From the NCBI GenBank assembly GCA_002311865.1, contig DBZV01000104.1:6881-39678 (forward strand): a stretch of 32,798 nt of DNA. The letters are read 5' to 3'. The notes under the pieces are model-generated. The model saw only the letters and a program-made list of their open reading frames with translations. It did no database searches and was not told the DNA's origin. Every line of letters begins with the position of its first letter. The stretch's first letter is position 1. Made by a program: the position numbers and the translations under genes. This document shows positions 25,294-32,465 of this stretch, piece by piece. This stretch comes from Dehalococcoidia bacterium UBA1151. GTDB taxonomy: Bacteria; Chloroflexota; Dehalococcoidia; Lucifugimonadales; Lucifugimonadaceae.

Positions 25294-25682
25294 TCTGGAA
25301 TGATAACCATTGAGATTGCTCGAGCGATGCCATCACCAGAAGTGGTAGTGAAGGTCGTCTCCACGGTGGCGAACCGGGATCCTCGGCGCACGGAATTTCC
25401 CTTCAGGACGGTGATTGCGACGATCGGCTCGTCTAACTGAGCAGGCGCGGTGTATTCAACTTCCTGCGATGCGTGGATTGTTCCGCCACCCAACTTTAGC
25501 GCTTCAATTACCTGCGACAGTCCCAGGGCGATCACCGCCATGGGCGGCACTTTGCCTTCTGCGGCCAGTTGAGATTCATCGCCAACCGCGGCCGCGTACG
25601 CCACGGCCATATTGGGATCAATCGTGAACGACTGGTCCTCAAACCGATGACCGGGCTCAAGAGAGCCCAACAGTGAACTCAT
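25290..25682 (-). CDS. MaoC_dehydrat_N-type hot-dog protein, non-catalytic partner (HadA/HadC-like)
   Basis: 130-aa hot-dog-sized ORF with no D-x-x-P-x-H motif. It overlaps the catalytic subunit gene by 4 nt. Confidence 0.65.
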   Translation of the reverse strand: MSSLLGSLEPGHRFEDQSFTIDPNMAVAYAAAVGDESQLAAEGKVPPMAVIALGLSQVIEALKLGGGTIHASQEVEYTAPAQLDEPIVAITVLKGNSVRRGSRFATVETTFTTTSGDGIARAISMVIIPE

Positions 25683-25725
25683 TCAAAATACCCAAATAGT
25701 GAAATTAGAGACAAAATGCCTAGCG

Positions 25726-25754
25726 ATTTTATTGGTGCGGTCACGCTGCGGCAA
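25726..25754 (-). promoter_or_regulatory. Candidate sigma-70-type promoter of the hot-dog pair-plsX-fabG-fabL operon
   Basis: Minus strand reads TTGCCG (comp. 25749-25754), a 17-nt spacer, then TAAAAT (comp. 25726-25731). It lies about 44 nt upstream of the ATG at comp. 25680-25682. Confidence 0.45.
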
Positions 25755-25770
25755 ACGTATTGCCAGTGGC

Positions 25771-26190
25771 TCAACTGTCGACACCAGATTTACGGAGCGC
25801 ATCGGCCTCGGTCAGCCAGTACTTTGCGAGATCAAATGATGATGGATTGCGGTAGTCGAGTGTCGACAATGAGAGCACCCTGTGGATGACGCCGGTCGAT
25901 ACGACTGCCTCGTTAAATTCCCCCAGAGCGGGCACTTTTATGCCCAACGCCTGTGCCATCGCGCCGGCGGCCGTCATTCCGCTCCGATTGAGGTAGACGC
26001 GGGTCAGCAGCCGATTCTTGTACAGAAGCGAAACGCCTGACTCTGTTTGCTTGAGCCGGACGCGCATGTGTGCGCTTGGCACCGTCAGCAAGTTGTAGGC
26101 ATACTCCAGTGCCCGTGCGCGGCTGGTTCCCAAATAGCATTCTCCGTACTCGGCGGACGTATAATCCGCTGGACCGCAGGCTCCCTTCAA
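25771..26190 (-). CDS. Hypothetical protein (orphan; no family recognised)
   Basis: 139-aa ORF with a TTG start. No competing long ORF covers the interval. I recognise no motif. Confidence 0.4.
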   Translation of the reverse strand: MKGACGPADYTSAEYGECYLGTSRARALEYAYNLLTVPSAHMRVRLKQTESGVSLLYKNRLLTRVYLNRSGMTAAGAMAQALGIKVPALGEFNEAVVSTGVIHRVLSLSTLDYRNPSSFDLAKYWLTEADALRKSGVDS

Positions 26191-26259
26191 AAAAATCAGA
26201 CGGAGGGAATCAGACGGATGAAATCAAATGAAATTTTATAGTCGGAGAAGCATAGCAGC

Positions 26260-27060
26260 GTGACTCTCAAAGGAAAGGTCGCCATCGTTACCGGTGGTGC
26301 GACTGGAATTGGTAGGGCGATAGCCTTCGCCCTCGCCAGAGATGGAGCCGATATCGTCGTGGCTGATCTCAACAAAAATATGGCCCAGGAAACGGCTGGT
26401 GAGCTTGAAGAGCTCGGGGTCACAGCAAACGCGGTGATCTGTGATGTCACCAAGCCCTGGATGATTGAGAAGATGGGCGAATCGACTCTGGAACGGCTTG
26501 GCCACATCGATATCCTGATCAACAACGCTGGAGTTGCTGGTGCGGCTGGCTGGTATGAGCATGCTAAATCCCGCGAAGAAGACTGGGGAGCGGCGTACGA
26601 CGTCAATGTGAAGGGCATATTCAACTGCATCACAGCTCTGACCCCATCCATGAAGGAGCAGCGAAGCGGCAAGATTATTAATCTCGCCTCGATTGCGGGA
26701 CGTGAAGGCCGCCCGGCCATTCCGCACTACTCCGCTTCAAAAGCCGCGGTGATCAACTACACGCAAGGTCTGGCCACCACTCTGGCTGAGTACAACATCA
26801 ACGTGAACGCCGTCTGTCCGGGTCTCCTGTGGACGCCAATGTGGGAGCAGGTGGGGCAGCGATATGCAGCACACAATAGGGACTACGCCGGACTTGAAGC
26901 CAGAGAGGTGTTCGACCGTATGATCGCGGACGTGATTCCATTGGGGCGAGAGCAGACGCCCGAAGACATCGGCGATGCGGTCTCGTTCCTTGTTTCAGAT
27001 GATGCGCACAACATCACAGGTCAGGCACTCAACATAGACGGTGGAGCATTCCTAAGATGA
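26260..27060 (+). CDS. SDR family NAD(P)-dependent oxidoreductase (paralog 1)
   Basis: VTGGATGIGRAIA, NNAGV, the Ser...YSASK catalytic set, and CPGLLWTPMWEQV. GTG start with GGAGAAG upstream. Confidence 0.85.
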   Translation: MTLKGKVAIVTGGATGIGRAIAFALARDGADIVVADLNKNMAQETAGELEELGVTANAVICDVTKPWMIEKMGESTLERLGHIDILINNAGVAGAAGWYEHAKSREEDWGAAYDVNVKGIFNCITALTPSMKEQRSGKIINLASIAGREGRPAIPHYSASKAAVINYTQGLATTLAEYNINVNAVCPGLLWTPMWEQVGQRYAAHNRDYAGLEAREVFDRMIADVIPLGREQTPEDIGDAVSFLVSDDAHNITGQALNIDGGAFLR

Positions 27061-27860
27061 CCCTTGAACTGGAGAACAAGATCGCCATCGTCACCGGAGG
27101 CGCGACCGGCATCGGCCGTGGCATCGTCAGGATTCTTGCGGAGCGTGGCGCCGACATCATAGTTGCCGATATGAACGAGAAGGCCTCTGACGAGGCCGTG
27201 GCGGAAGTCGAGGGCATGGGCCGTCGATCATTGTCTGTGCCTACCGATGTGACGGACGACAACGGCACGGATGGGATGGTCGCCAGCGCGCTGTCTATGT
27301 ACGGTCGTGTCGATATTCTCGTATGTAACGCCGGGGTTGCCGGCGCACCGGGCTGGTGGGAGCGCGACGAGCCATCGGCAGACGACTGGGATGCCACCTA
27401 CGCGGTGAACGTCCGCGGCGTAATGCACTCTATCGAGTCCGTGGAAGGCCACATGACAGAGCGGATGAAGGGCAAGATTGTCGTTATCGCGTCAATTGCC
27501 GCGCGGGGCGGGGGAGCGGGGCCACTGGCGCACTACCGTGCGTCAAAAGGCGCCGCGTTGAACGTGTCGCAGGCCTACGCACTCCGGCTGGCGCCATTCA
27601 ACATCAACGTCAACACGATTTGCCCTGGCATACTGTGGACCGATATGTGGGATCAGATTGCGAAGAGGTACCTTGCGGATAATCCCGGCGATACGCGAAC
27701 GCCCCGCGAGCGTTTCGAGCATGGCTTGAGCATGATTCCTCTGGGACGCGAACAAACGCCAGAGGATATCGGAAAAGTCGCGGCCTTCCTCTGTTCAGAC
27801 AAGGCAAAAAACATCACCGGCCAGGCCATCAACGTTGATGGCGGAATGAAGATGAACTAG
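27057..27860 (+). CDS. SDR family NAD(P)-dependent oxidoreductase (paralog 2)
   Basis: VTGGATGIGRGIV, CNAGV, YRASK and CPGILWTDMWDQI. It shares the C-terminal block IPLGREQTPEDIG with paralog 1 and overlaps it through ATGA. Confidence 0.85.
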   Translation: MTLELENKIAIVTGGATGIGRGIVRILAERGADIIVADMNEKASDEAVAEVEGMGRRSLSVPTDVTDDNGTDGMVASALSMYGRVDILVCNAGVAGAPGWWERDEPSADDWDATYAVNVRGVMHSIESVEGHMTERMKGKIVVIASIAARGGGAGPLAHYRASKGAALNVSQAYALRLAPFNINVNTICPGILWTDMWDQIAKRYLADNPGDTRTPRERFEHGLSMIPLGREQTPEDIGKVAAFLCSDKAKNITGQAINVDGGMKMN

Positions 27861-27912
27861 GGCGAGAGACGCCCCTAAGTGGGACGGACATCTCTGCCCG
27901 AGCGAGACCAAG

Positions 27913-27949
27913 TCCCCTCTCCCTCTGGGAGAGGGTTAGGGTGAGGGCG
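27913..27949 (+). repeat. REP-like intergenic palindromic element, copy B
   Basis: TCCCCTCTCCCTCTGGGAGAGGGTTAGGGTGAGGGCG contains the hairpin CCCTCTCCC-TCTG-GGAGAGGG. It lies between the convergent stops of SDR paralog 2 and the 420-aa membrane protein. Confidence 0.6.
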
Positions 27950-28053
27950 CGTCCGATGTTCACTCATGTCTAATCAATTGCCCGAGATCGCACTCGCATG
28001 GGCCCTTCGACTGGCTCAGGAGAACCAGAGATGCCCGTGCTACGGCCGACGCG

Positions 28054-29316
28054 CTACTCTTCCTCGTCTGGTTCCGGCTCGGCGCTTTCAGGCGCATCGA
28101 TCGCCCGCTCGAACAGCTCCATACGCTCTTCGGCGTACTCTTCATCGTCGATCTCACCGGCATCGTGGAGCGCGTCTAGTTCTGCGATCTGCTCGACCAG
28201 CTCTTCCCGCCGTAGCCCTCCAACGGCATAGGCTGGCCGATTGCGGTTGCGGTAGAAGAAGACGTAACCCAGCAGAATCGCCATCGCTGCCGCGGCCGCG
28301 GCCGGGGTGCCAATCGTCGCCCAGGCGCTTCCGCCAACGAAGTTCTGGAAGCTCTGAAGCGTGGATGGCTCAGGCAGGTCGGTAAAGACGATCTCGAGCC
28401 GATCGGTACTGGAGAGGCCATTGCGCTGGAACACGCGATAGTTCGTATCCCCCAGTAACTCATCACCGACCACCTCAAACCCCTCAGAGCTGACGTTGCC
28501 GTAGGTTGGCGGCATGAGGATTCGATACTCGAATACGTCAAATCCCAGGCTGCGGTCAAAGATGATGGATGAGCCGTCGTACTCAACTACATAGCTGTAC
28601 AGAATCCTGAAATCGCCGGGCGGTACTGCATTGGACATGGCGAAACCGGTCTCGATTTCAAGCACGTTTCCGGTGGGCAGGTCCGCGTCGACGGTCAACT
28701 CCTCGTAGCCTGGCGGAAGGCTGAAGCGGAGGAGCTGGGGAATCCCATCAGGAGCCGGATTATCAAGATCAGGAATGAACGTGCGATCACTACCGTTGCT
28801 GAGCTCGACCAGCTCCAGAATTCCCATCAGCTGATCTCTGCCATCCACCCGAGGGATGATGGTCACGTGGGAAGTTGCGCTAATGCCTTCAAGGGTCGCC
28901 GTGGTCTCAAATATGCGTAGTCCAATGCCAGTCGGATCGAGAGCATCTTCCACGCGTACAGTCTGCCGAAGGTTTCCGTGCAGCGTCTGTAGTTCGTAGC
29001 GGTAGCCCTCCGTTTTTGGAAATTCGGTGAACTCAAATGCCCCATCGGCGCCAACCGCGACTGACTGCTCGCCCACAGGAATGTCGGAGGCGTCGTACGT
29101 CACCAACGTTACTTCCATGCCGTTGAGGACATCTGCGCCTGAACTGACCTGAATTACGTTGCCCGCAATGCGATCGGGGATCTGCGGTTCGTCCTCAATG
29201 ACTACCCTGTCCTGGGCGAGCGCGCTGGGAGTTCCGGCCACAATCAACATTGCCAAAACCAGCAAGAAAGCGGTAGCTATTCGGGGCCGGAACGATTCCA
29301 CTTTCATTCGATTCAT
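28054..29316 (-). CDS. Exported, C-terminally membrane-anchored protein with a prealbumin/CarboxypepD_reg-like N-terminal domain and a cytoplasmic CcmI/SHOCT-like helical tail
   Basis: Signal peptide IATAFLLVLAMLIVAGTPSALAQ. A beta-rich ectodomain (GNVIQVSSGADVLNGMEVTLV...VGADGAFEFTEF). A TM helix WATIGTPAAAAAAMAILLGYVFFY, then the tail RNRNRP...RREELVEQIAELDALHDAGEIDDEEYAEERMELFER and an acidic C-terminus. It overlaps the upstream gene through ATGA. Confidence 0.7.
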   Translation of the reverse strand: MNRMKVESFRPRIATAFLLVLAMLIVAGTPSALAQDRVVIEDEPQIPDRIAGNVIQVSSGADVLNGMEVTLVTYDASDIPVGEQSVAVGADGAFEFTEFPKTEGYRYELQTLHGNLRQTVRVEDALDPTGIGLRIFETTATLEGISATSHVTIIPRVDGRDQLMGILELVELSNGSDRTFIPDLDNPAPDGIPQLLRFSLPPGYEELTVDADLPTGNVLEIETGFAMSNAVPPGDFRILYSYVVEYDGSSIIFDRSLGFDVFEYRILMPPTYGNVSSEGFEVVGDELLGDTNYRVFQRNGLSSTDRLEIVFTDLPEPSTLQSFQNFVGGSAWATIGTPAAAAAAMAILLGYVFFYRNRNRPAYAVGGLRREELVEQIAELDALHDAGEIDDEEYAEERMELFERAIDAPESAEPEPDEEE

Positions 29317-29675
29317 TTCTCGGGTGCGTCTTCTGGATCTATAGACGCCTTGCGCGCGGCCTGTATTTCAAGCTCCAGACGATCTTCGTCACTCAGCTCC
29401 TCTGGCAACTGGTCCTGGGCGCGCATTAATTCTGCCGCACGAACTCGCAGTTCACGAAGATGGGACTGGTACTCATCTTCACGAACTATCTCCGCTTCAT
29501 AGTCGGCCTCAAGCTGCCGAATCTGATCGTATAACTCTTCGCGAGCTACCCTGAACTGAGCCGCTTCCGAGATTTCAGGTACCGCGCCTGCACGTCTCCT
29601 CCTTCCGCGCAAGAACGGCCAGGAGATGATCACCACCACGGCGATAGCGATGAGTATGCCAGTTGCTATGCCCAA
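29313..29675 (-). CDS. Small N-terminally anchored coiled-coil protein, CcmI N-terminal-module-like
   Basis: 120 aa with a TTG start. TM helix GIATGILIAIAVVVIISWPFL, then RGRRRR, then AREELYDQIRQLEADYEAEIVREDEYQSHLRELRVRAAEL. It lies directly downstream of ccmF. Confidence 0.6.
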   Translation of the reverse strand: MGIATGILIAIAVVVIISWPFLRGRRRRAGAVPEISEAAQFRVAREELYDQIRQLEADYEAEIVREDEYQSHLRELRVRAAELMRAQDQLPEELSDEDRLELEIQAARKASIDPEDAPEK

Positions 29676-29741
29676 GGAATCTTCGTGCCGATCACGGGGG
29701 TATTCATGTCATACGAGTCAAAATGGAGCTGAAGCGTAGGG

Positions 29742-31778
29742 TCAGTCTCCCGTCTGCAACGCGGCGGAGCGCGTGGGCCGCCGACGTCTGTTCAACGCAG
29801 GACTTAACTCTACTGCTGGTTGCGGCCAGAGTGCGATGACCGAGCCGAGGATGAAGATGGGACCGGCCATCCATAGCCACCACGCCAGCGGGTTGATACT
29901 CACCCTGAAGACGGCGCGCGTGACGGGACCACCTCCCGCGAGTACGCCCTCGCCCCGTTCATTGAGGAAGTCGGTTGGGATGATGTAAAGGTCCTCGATT
30001 GGTCCCGTGGAGATTCCGGCTCGTACAGATACCTGGTTGAAGCCGGGGTAGAAGGCGCTCCACGGCCGTAACTCGCCAGCATATTTACCGTCTTTGTACA
30101 CATTAATGATGGCCCACTGAGCCAATCGGTCAGCCCGCGGCTCCTCACCGTGGCCAGCGAACTCAATTCGATAATTGTCGATCTCGAAGCTCTCGCCAAG
30201 ATTCAGGATCGTATCTTCACGCTGGCTGTAAAACCCGGTTCCAATGATGCCGAACGCGAGGACAAGAATCGAGATATGGACCACGTACCCGCCATGGCGC
30301 GGCCGATTACCGTTGACCAGCTTCCAGAATCCCACGGCGAAATTGTCGCCCGCGCGGCGCCGGGCCATCGTCCCTCGATACCACTCCTGCCCGATGGATG
30401 TGATCACGAATACCAGCACGCTGAATGAGAACAGCGCAATGGGCTTCTCAAGCCCGCTTGCCGCCATTCCAGCCAGCGCCGTAATTGCCAGGAGTGCTGG
30501 CCACAGCAGCCAGCGTTTCAGTGAGGCGCGGTTGGCCCTGCGCCAGGGCAGAACAGGCCCAACACCCATCAGGAGCACCAGTGCCAGCAGCATTGGGCCG
30601 TTGATGTGGTTGAAGTACGGAGCAGAGACGGTGACCGTCTCTTCCTGGGCAAACTCAGACGCCAGCGGGAACAGCACGCCCCATAGTGTGACGCCAACTA
30701 TTCCCAGCAACAGGAAGTTATTCATCAGGAAAGACGCTTCGCGAGAGAGAAATGACTCGAGCGGACGGTCGCTCTTGAGGTCGTTGAAACGCCAGAAAAA
30801 TACGATAAGGGCAAACGCCAGGCTGAACAGCATGAAGGCGAGGAAGATGATGCCCAGCGTTGACGCGCCAAATGAGTGGACAGACACCACCGGACCACCC
30901 CGATTGATGAACATGCCGAACTGCGCCAGCACAAAAGCTACGCTCAGAAGCACCACGTTCCACATACGGAACATTCCACGGCGCTTCTGCACCATGACAG
31001 AGTGAATAAACGTTGTGAGCGCCAGAAACGGCATGAAGGCTACGTTCTCGATCGGGTCCCAGGCCCAGTAGCCGCCCCAGCCAAGGATTGTATACGCCCA
31101 CCACGCACCCAGCAGCATGCCGGAGCCAAGCAGCGCCCAGATAACGATTGCGGAGACGCGGGCGGCATCCAGCCACTCATCTCGTGTCTTACCCGCGATC
31201 AGCGCGCCAAACGCGAACGCGAACGGGATGGAGATGCCCACCAGTCCAGACATCTGCAACGGTGGATGGATGAACATGCCGGGATGCGTGAGCAGCGGGT
31301 TGATGCCGAGCCCTTCTGTGGCAACGAAATCGAGCGGAGCGAACGGGCTGGCGAAGAAGACGAGCACGAAGAAGAAGAACCCCATGATTCCCGCCAGAAT
31401 CGCAGTGGTGTAGGGGAGCGCGTCTTTGAATCCTCTCGGCGAGAGGAACATGGCGATGCTGGTCATGAGTGAGAGCGTTAGGACGATGAACAGCAGTGAG
31501 CCCTCATTGCCGCTGAAGAATGACACCCAGAGAAACGAGCGGTCCATCGCGGTGCTGCTGTGACCGTAGACGTACTCGATCGAGAAGTCGTTGGTTACGA
31601 AGGCCGTGACCAGCGCAATGGCGGTGACCCCGGCAACAGCCGTAATGAGATACGTGGCATTGCGGGCGCTAACCACCAGCTCCGGCACGCCCTTGCGAGC
31701 GCCAAGCACCGAGCCAAGTGTGGCGTACACGGTGAGCGCCAGCCCCAGCATCAGAGTTAGTTGACCTAGTTCAGCCAT
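29742..31778 (-). CDS. ccmF: Cytochrome c-type biogenesis protein CcmF (system I heme lyase)
   Basis: 678 aa and polytopic. WWD domain WAYTILGWGGYWAWDPIENVAFMPFL with conserved flanking His residues. Confidence 0.9.
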   Translation of the reverse strand: MAELGQLTLMLGLALTVYATLGSVLGARKGVPELVVSARNATYLITAVAGVTAIALVTAFVTNDFSIEYVYGHSSTAMDRSFLWVSFFSGNEGSLLFIVLTLSLMTSIAMFLSPRGFKDALPYTTAILAGIMGFFFFVLVFFASPFAPLDFVATEGLGINPLLTHPGMFIHPPLQMSGLVGISIPFAFAFGALIAGKTRDEWLDAARVSAIVIWALLGSGMLLGAWWAYTILGWGGYWAWDPIENVAFMPFLALTTFIHSVMVQKRRGMFRMWNVVLLSVAFVLAQFGMFINRGGPVVSVHSFGASTLGIIFLAFMLFSLAFALIVFFWRFNDLKSDRPLESFLSREASFLMNNFLLLGIVGVTLWGVLFPLASEFAQEETVTVSAPYFNHINGPMLLALVLLMGVGPVLPWRRANRASLKRWLLWPALLAITALAGMAASGLEKPIALFSFSVLVFVITSIGQEWYRGTMARRRAGDNFAVGFWKLVNGNRPRHGGYVVHISILVLAFGIIGTGFYSQREDTILNLGESFEIDNYRIEFAGHGEEPRADRLAQWAIINVYKDGKYAGELRPWSAFYPGFNQVSVRAGISTGPIEDLYIIPTDFLNERGEGVLAGGGPVTRAVFRVSINPLAWWLWMAGPIFILGSVIALWPQPAVELSPALNRRRRPTRSAALQTGD

Positions 31779-31780
31779 CC

Positions 31781-32389
31781 CTAACCGTTCACTTCATTTG
31801 ATCCGTTGTTAATAGTCGCTGAGTCCGTAGAAACCTTGTTGTCAGCGGCCGTTCGTTGAGGTCCAGATTGCCTCATCTCTTCGTCTACCGCCTCTAGATA
31901 CGGAGCAAGTGCGTCGTTGGTTGTGCTGGGGGTTGCGCCTGCGGTTGCACCAGACGCTCGCGATGTCAGCGCAGCTTTGCCACGCCTCATGTCTCGAAGA
32001 ATCATGTAGAGCGCGGCCAAGCCGATTCCCAGAACCACCGGTGGGACAATCCATACCAGTGAGGTGAATCCTGTTGTTGGTGGCGATGCGAGCACCTGGA
32101 TGCCGTAGCGATCGACGAAAAACTGGGAGATGTCGTTCTCGCTTTCGCCATCGGCCAGCTTATCTCTAATAATCTGACGCATATCTTTTGCTATTTGAAC
32201 CTGAGCCTGATCGATAGTTTCACTGGGACACACGGGGCACATGAACTTCTTGTCCATCCTGCTGGCCTGTTGCTCCAATGTTTGTTCCGATGAACCACAT
32301 GCCGCGCCAACGATGAGTGTGAGCGCGATGAATAGATACAGAAGGTTTGGTCTGCGGGTGGAACGTCTCGTCCTGAGGACGGCGGCCAT
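31781..32389 (-). CDS. ccmH: Cytochrome c-type biogenesis protein CcmH (CycL type) with a long low-complexity C-terminal tail
   Basis: Signal/TM segment, then KKFMCPVCPSETIDQAQVQIAKDMRQIIRDKLADGESENDISQFFVDRYG (CXXC motif), followed by a TM helix. It ends 2 nt before the ccmF start. Confidence 0.8.
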   Translation of the reverse strand: MAAVLRTRRSTRRPNLLYLFIALTLIVGAACGSSEQTLEQQASRMDKKFMCPVCPSETIDQAQVQIAKDMRQIIRDKLADGESENDISQFFVDRYGIQVLASPPTTGFTSLVWIVPPVVLGIGLAALYMILRDMRRGKAALTSRASGATAGATPSTTNDALAPYLEAVDEEMRQSGPQRTAADNKVSTDSATINNGSNEVNG

Positions 32390-32465
32390 TTCTTAACTCC
32401 GTTGCGCCTGATAACCGGTTAAATATGACCCGGTTGCCGCGCTCCGAGATCAAGCCCGACGTGGG

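Noticed and set aside
27966-28385. A 139-aa Arg-rich plus-strand ORF downstream of the SDR pair.
   Set aside because: It starts in the convergent intergenic region and then runs antisense to the 3' end of the 420-aa membrane protein. Its extreme Arg/Pro/Ala bias marks it as an antisense-frame artefact.
30244-31472. Plus-strand ORFs antisense to ccmF (30244-31005, 253 aa; 30876-31472, 198 aa).
   Set aside because: They are antisense to a clear CcmF with its WWD domain. They are Arg/Ser/Pro-rich with low complexity and no recognisable motifs.
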